DNA of 64,000 nucleotides, from NCBI GenBank assembly GCA_044892525.1, contig CM097885.1:218302001-218366000 (forward strand). The letters run 5' to 3'. This DNA comes from Schmidtea polychroa. Its lineage: Eukaryota. Positions 60,920 to 64,000 of this stretch are shown piece by piece (positions within the stretch are counted from its first letter, which is position 1; each line of letters starts with the position of its first letter). Below the pieces are notes generated by a model. The model was not told the origin of the DNA. It did not search any database and saw nothing but the letters and a program-made list of their open reading frames with translations. The translations under genes and the position numbers were made by a program.

Positions 60920-61952
60920 TTAGTGATGGCCAGCATGTCGCTTGTGATGTCCAGCATGTCGTTTGTGATGTCCGGCGTGTCGTTTATGGTGACCCTTATG
61001 TCTTTTCCTTCTTTTCTCTTCATCGAATTCCAAAGTAGCTTTTGGGTCATCCAAGGCTGGTGAAATGAAAAAATACATATTAATCCGTAGTATCAAAAAC
61101 AATATATTGAAATTATTACCACAGAGATTGTTTTTACACGATGTTCCTTTAGGACATTTTGAACAGGCGGCTCCGACTTCATATGGAGCTTCATCATTGA
61201 AATTTCCTCTAAAAAATATTCCAATAAAAATATTTTTCCTCAATAATATCTTACGCTGGTCCATAATTGCAAATAAATAACCATCCGTATGCAAATGAAC
61301 CACCAGTTTTTTCTTTGCAGTTCACGGCCGCGCAACCAACTGCATAACTTTTTGCCCAGGCAACCTGAAATTAGTTAAAATTTAATACATTTTAGGAATC
61401 AACTCTTTTTGATTGCTTAAACAAACAAATTGGAATAATATTTACTTGTGTATAATGGCCACAAACTGCTGAACAACCTTTACCTTCAAAAGTGTAATCT
61501 TTATATTCATCATACCATCCTTGAACCACTCTTAATTTATAAAGATAAACCATTGTTCATAACTGATAATAAAGATTTTACTCTTTATAATTCGATCCAG
61601 CGAACATATTCTGACCAACGAACATAAATTTGTCGAGTGCTCTATCATCATAAGTATCATGTCCAGCAATACATTTTCCAGCCCATTCTTCAGATTTACC
61701 GGCAAGTGCGTCATCCCAGACCTAATAAAAGTTTTATTACATTTAAAATTTCTCATCATAAATAAAGCCTCGTAATAATTATACCATTTCAATCATGTTT
61801 GCGGCACCTGGTTGATTCGGAGTTTTACCCAAAGCAACTTGTCTTCTCAAATCATTATGGGCTTTCAGAAGAAATTCTTTGTATTCAGGAGGAGTTCCAA
61901 CTGTTAGAGTAGCTAATATACAAGAAATTACTCCACAAAGCAATAGCTTCAT
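60920..61952 (-). CDS. Secreted CAP/SCP protein B, 242 aa, six exons, His-rich repeat tail
   Basis: Exons 61952-61785, 61721-61582, 61530-61446, 61364-61255, 61208-61120, 61056-60920; same exon sizes and phases as CAP-A for exons 1-5. Tail RRKR-HKGHH-KR-HAGHH-KR-HAGHH-KR-HAGHH*. Confidence 0.93.
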
Positions 61953-62017
61953 AATAAATTATTTGATTATTTTGTTTAAACTGTTTTCGTTATATATACT
62001 GTAGATTGCTATAAAAA

Positions 62018-62046
62018 GGAAATTACAAGGAAATTGGTATTTAATT
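62018..62046 (-). promoter_or_regulatory. Conserved upstream motif of CAP-B
   Basis: Plus strand GGAAATT-4nt-GGAAATT-G.TATTTAATT, 65-95 bp upstream of the ATG. Confidence 0.5.
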
Positions 62047-62452
62047 AAAGTGCCCAATACCAACTTTAGCCAAATAATTGGCTAAATAATTATTTAATAA
62101 ATAAAAAGGACAGTTATTATTTATTTGCGGAACTATTTTAATTAAATTTTGTTCAACAATGTTTTTTTCATGTCAATGCAAAATTTAAATTTTCATTAAA
62201 TTTTATAATTACATTTTATTTTTTATAATTACATTTTATTTACAAATCCTTTAAAATGAAGGAAATATTTTTAAAAATCGTTTCTTATTAAAAATATATT
62301 ATATTAATTTTATTTTATTAATTATTAATTAAAGGTAACTGTAAATTTGTTTTTGTTTGGAGAATATTTTGTTTAATTTATGGTATTTTTAAATGGTGGA
62401 TTGAAATGTTTTAAGTATTGCTAATTTTTATTATTATAATTAAATTAAATTA

Positions 62453-62593
62453 AATTCACTTGAAAAAGGCAGTGCTGAAAATTCTTGAATATCAAAAACA
62501 TCGATATATTTACTGATTTATAGTCTTCAAGCACTTTTTAATAAATTCAATGGTAAAAAAATCAGTGGTGAAATTGGAAAGAAAGTTCTTATA
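62453..62593 (+). mobile_element. Hammerhead hairpin element, right arm plus tail
   Basis: ATTCAC-TTGAAAA-A-GGCAGTGCT-GAA-AATT-C-TTGAAT, then arm remainder and tail to AGTTCTTATAA. Confidence 0.8.
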
Positions 62594-63332
62594 AAAGATA
62601 ATTAAAACGATATTCAATTGAAAAATTGTAAATGCGAAGAGAATTTGGTAAGGATCATGAAATATTTTGTTAAATTGATTAATTAATTAAAAATAATAAA
62701 TTAAAACAAAATTAATTTTTTATTAACTAGTATGCCAACGAAAATTGGGATTTTGACGAAAAAGACAAATCTATAAGATCATAAAATTAATTTTTTTTCT
62801 TGCTATTGTGGTGCCTACTTTTGGGCATTTCGGGTCAAGTTCTTAGTGTCATGTGTCTACTGGTCAGCATAATTTACATTTAATATGTAGTAAATATCTT
62901 TTATAAAGGTTCAGCCAAAGATATTGATACACATGATAAAAGACACACGGACTGATTCTTTGCTTCTAGATGTTATAGATAATAATTATGTTATATCATA
63001 ATTTCAAAACCAGAAAAATTAAGCAATAGTAAAATATTTTAACACTGTTAAAAAATAGTAACAAAAATTGGTAAAATAAAAGATAATAAAAGTAGATATA
63101 GATGGACATGAAAAGGATAATAGTTTAATTAAAAATGACAGATGTGACTGTAAAGACATGAAACTAATTTGCATAAAATTTTTATTGAAAACGACATTGA
63201 AAGCGATCATAGAAATATTTGCTCCATGAAAGCATGAGCACTTGATCTGGCTATTGCAATGAGACTGTTGATGAACTCGCATTTGGGCATGTAGACTCCA
63301 GTATTGCACGAATTGAAAGTATTGGAGTAGTA

Positions 63333-64000
63333 GGATGTGTCACCACTGGCACATGTCACCTCTGGCACACTACCCCGGGGGGGGGGGGGTAAACGAAAAA
63401 TTTTTTTTCAAGGTCAAATTTTAAACAAAGACATATGACTCATCAAGGTCATTGAAACAAAGACCATGACTCATCATATGACTCATCAAGGTCATTGAAA
63501 CAAAGACCATGACTCATTCAAGGTCAAAGGATGACTCATAGAGGCCATTGAAACAAAGACCATGACTCACTCAAGGTCATATGATGACTCATCAAGGTCA
63601 TATTTTAAAGGTCAAGGGCATAATTTTAAAGGCCAAGGTCATATTTTTAAAGGTCAAGGTCATATTTTTAAGGTCAAGGTCATATTTTTTAAAGGTCATG
63701 GTCATATTTTTTAAGGTCAAGATCATATTTTTAAGGTCAAGGCCATATTTTAAAGTCAAACCTTCACCAAAGGGTATCATTCGAAAGGTATTTGAGAGGT
63801 CTATCTAATGGTCATACCCTCAAAGGTGTATGGTGGGTCCTCGGCCTTCAAAGGGTCAAAAACCTTCGAATTTTTTCAAACTTTATCATATATATATCAT
63901 TCGAAAGGTATTTGAGAGGTCTATCTAATGGCTATATCCTCAAAGGTGGGTCAATAACCTTCAAAGGGTGTCCAAAATTAAATATTTTTAAAACCATACA
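63333..64000 (+). mobile_element. Non-autonomous element with internal TGACTCA/TCAAGGTCA tandem arrays (runs off window)
   Basis: Starts GGATGTGTC, G-tract, ~35-45 bp repeats with TGACTCA (63430-63600), ~20-bp AAGGTCAAGGTCATATTTTT repeats (63600-63760), duplicated ~45-bp block at 63775 and 63895. Confidence 0.65.

Noticed and set aside
63581-63808. KVKVIF / DLDLK repeat ORFs
   Set aside because: Translations of the ~20-bp satellite on both strands.

Overview
AT-rich eukaryotic scaffold, probably from an invertebrate animal (species not determinable). It has short GT-AG introns (33-81 nt typical) and 10 N-gaps. No rRNA, tRNA or CRISPR was seen. Host genes are all on the minus strand and spliced, so the ORF track misses most of them: a fimbrin/plastin lacking the EF-hand headpiece (49171-50747), two tandem six-exon secreted CAP/SCP genes (54834-56725, 60920-61952), and a partial CEP170-like model (16884-25318). 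The rest is mostly transposons: an intact GC-rich hATm, a MULE, pogo, piggyBac, Merlin and hAT MITEs, and Helitron, BEL, Gypsy and Penelope relics. Three observations stand out. (1) The dominant ~240-bp dispersed repeat is a ~190-nt palindrome plus tail whose arms carry a minimal type I hammerhead ribozyme (U3-A8 core variant, palindromic stem III) in both polarities; a Penelope-like RT relic sharing its stem II lies at 12.5-13.5 kb. (2) A Gypsy LTR element (7950-12378) carries a circularly permuted, intronless GRP94 copy inserted exactly in its tRNA-Leu primer-binding site, via a 9-nt sequence shared by the PBS and the GRP94 reading frame. (3) Both CAP proteins end in KR-delimited short-peptide cassettes like a prohormone; one has HAGHH repeats that differ only at silent sites. 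All family calls are motif recognition by eye; no database search was run.
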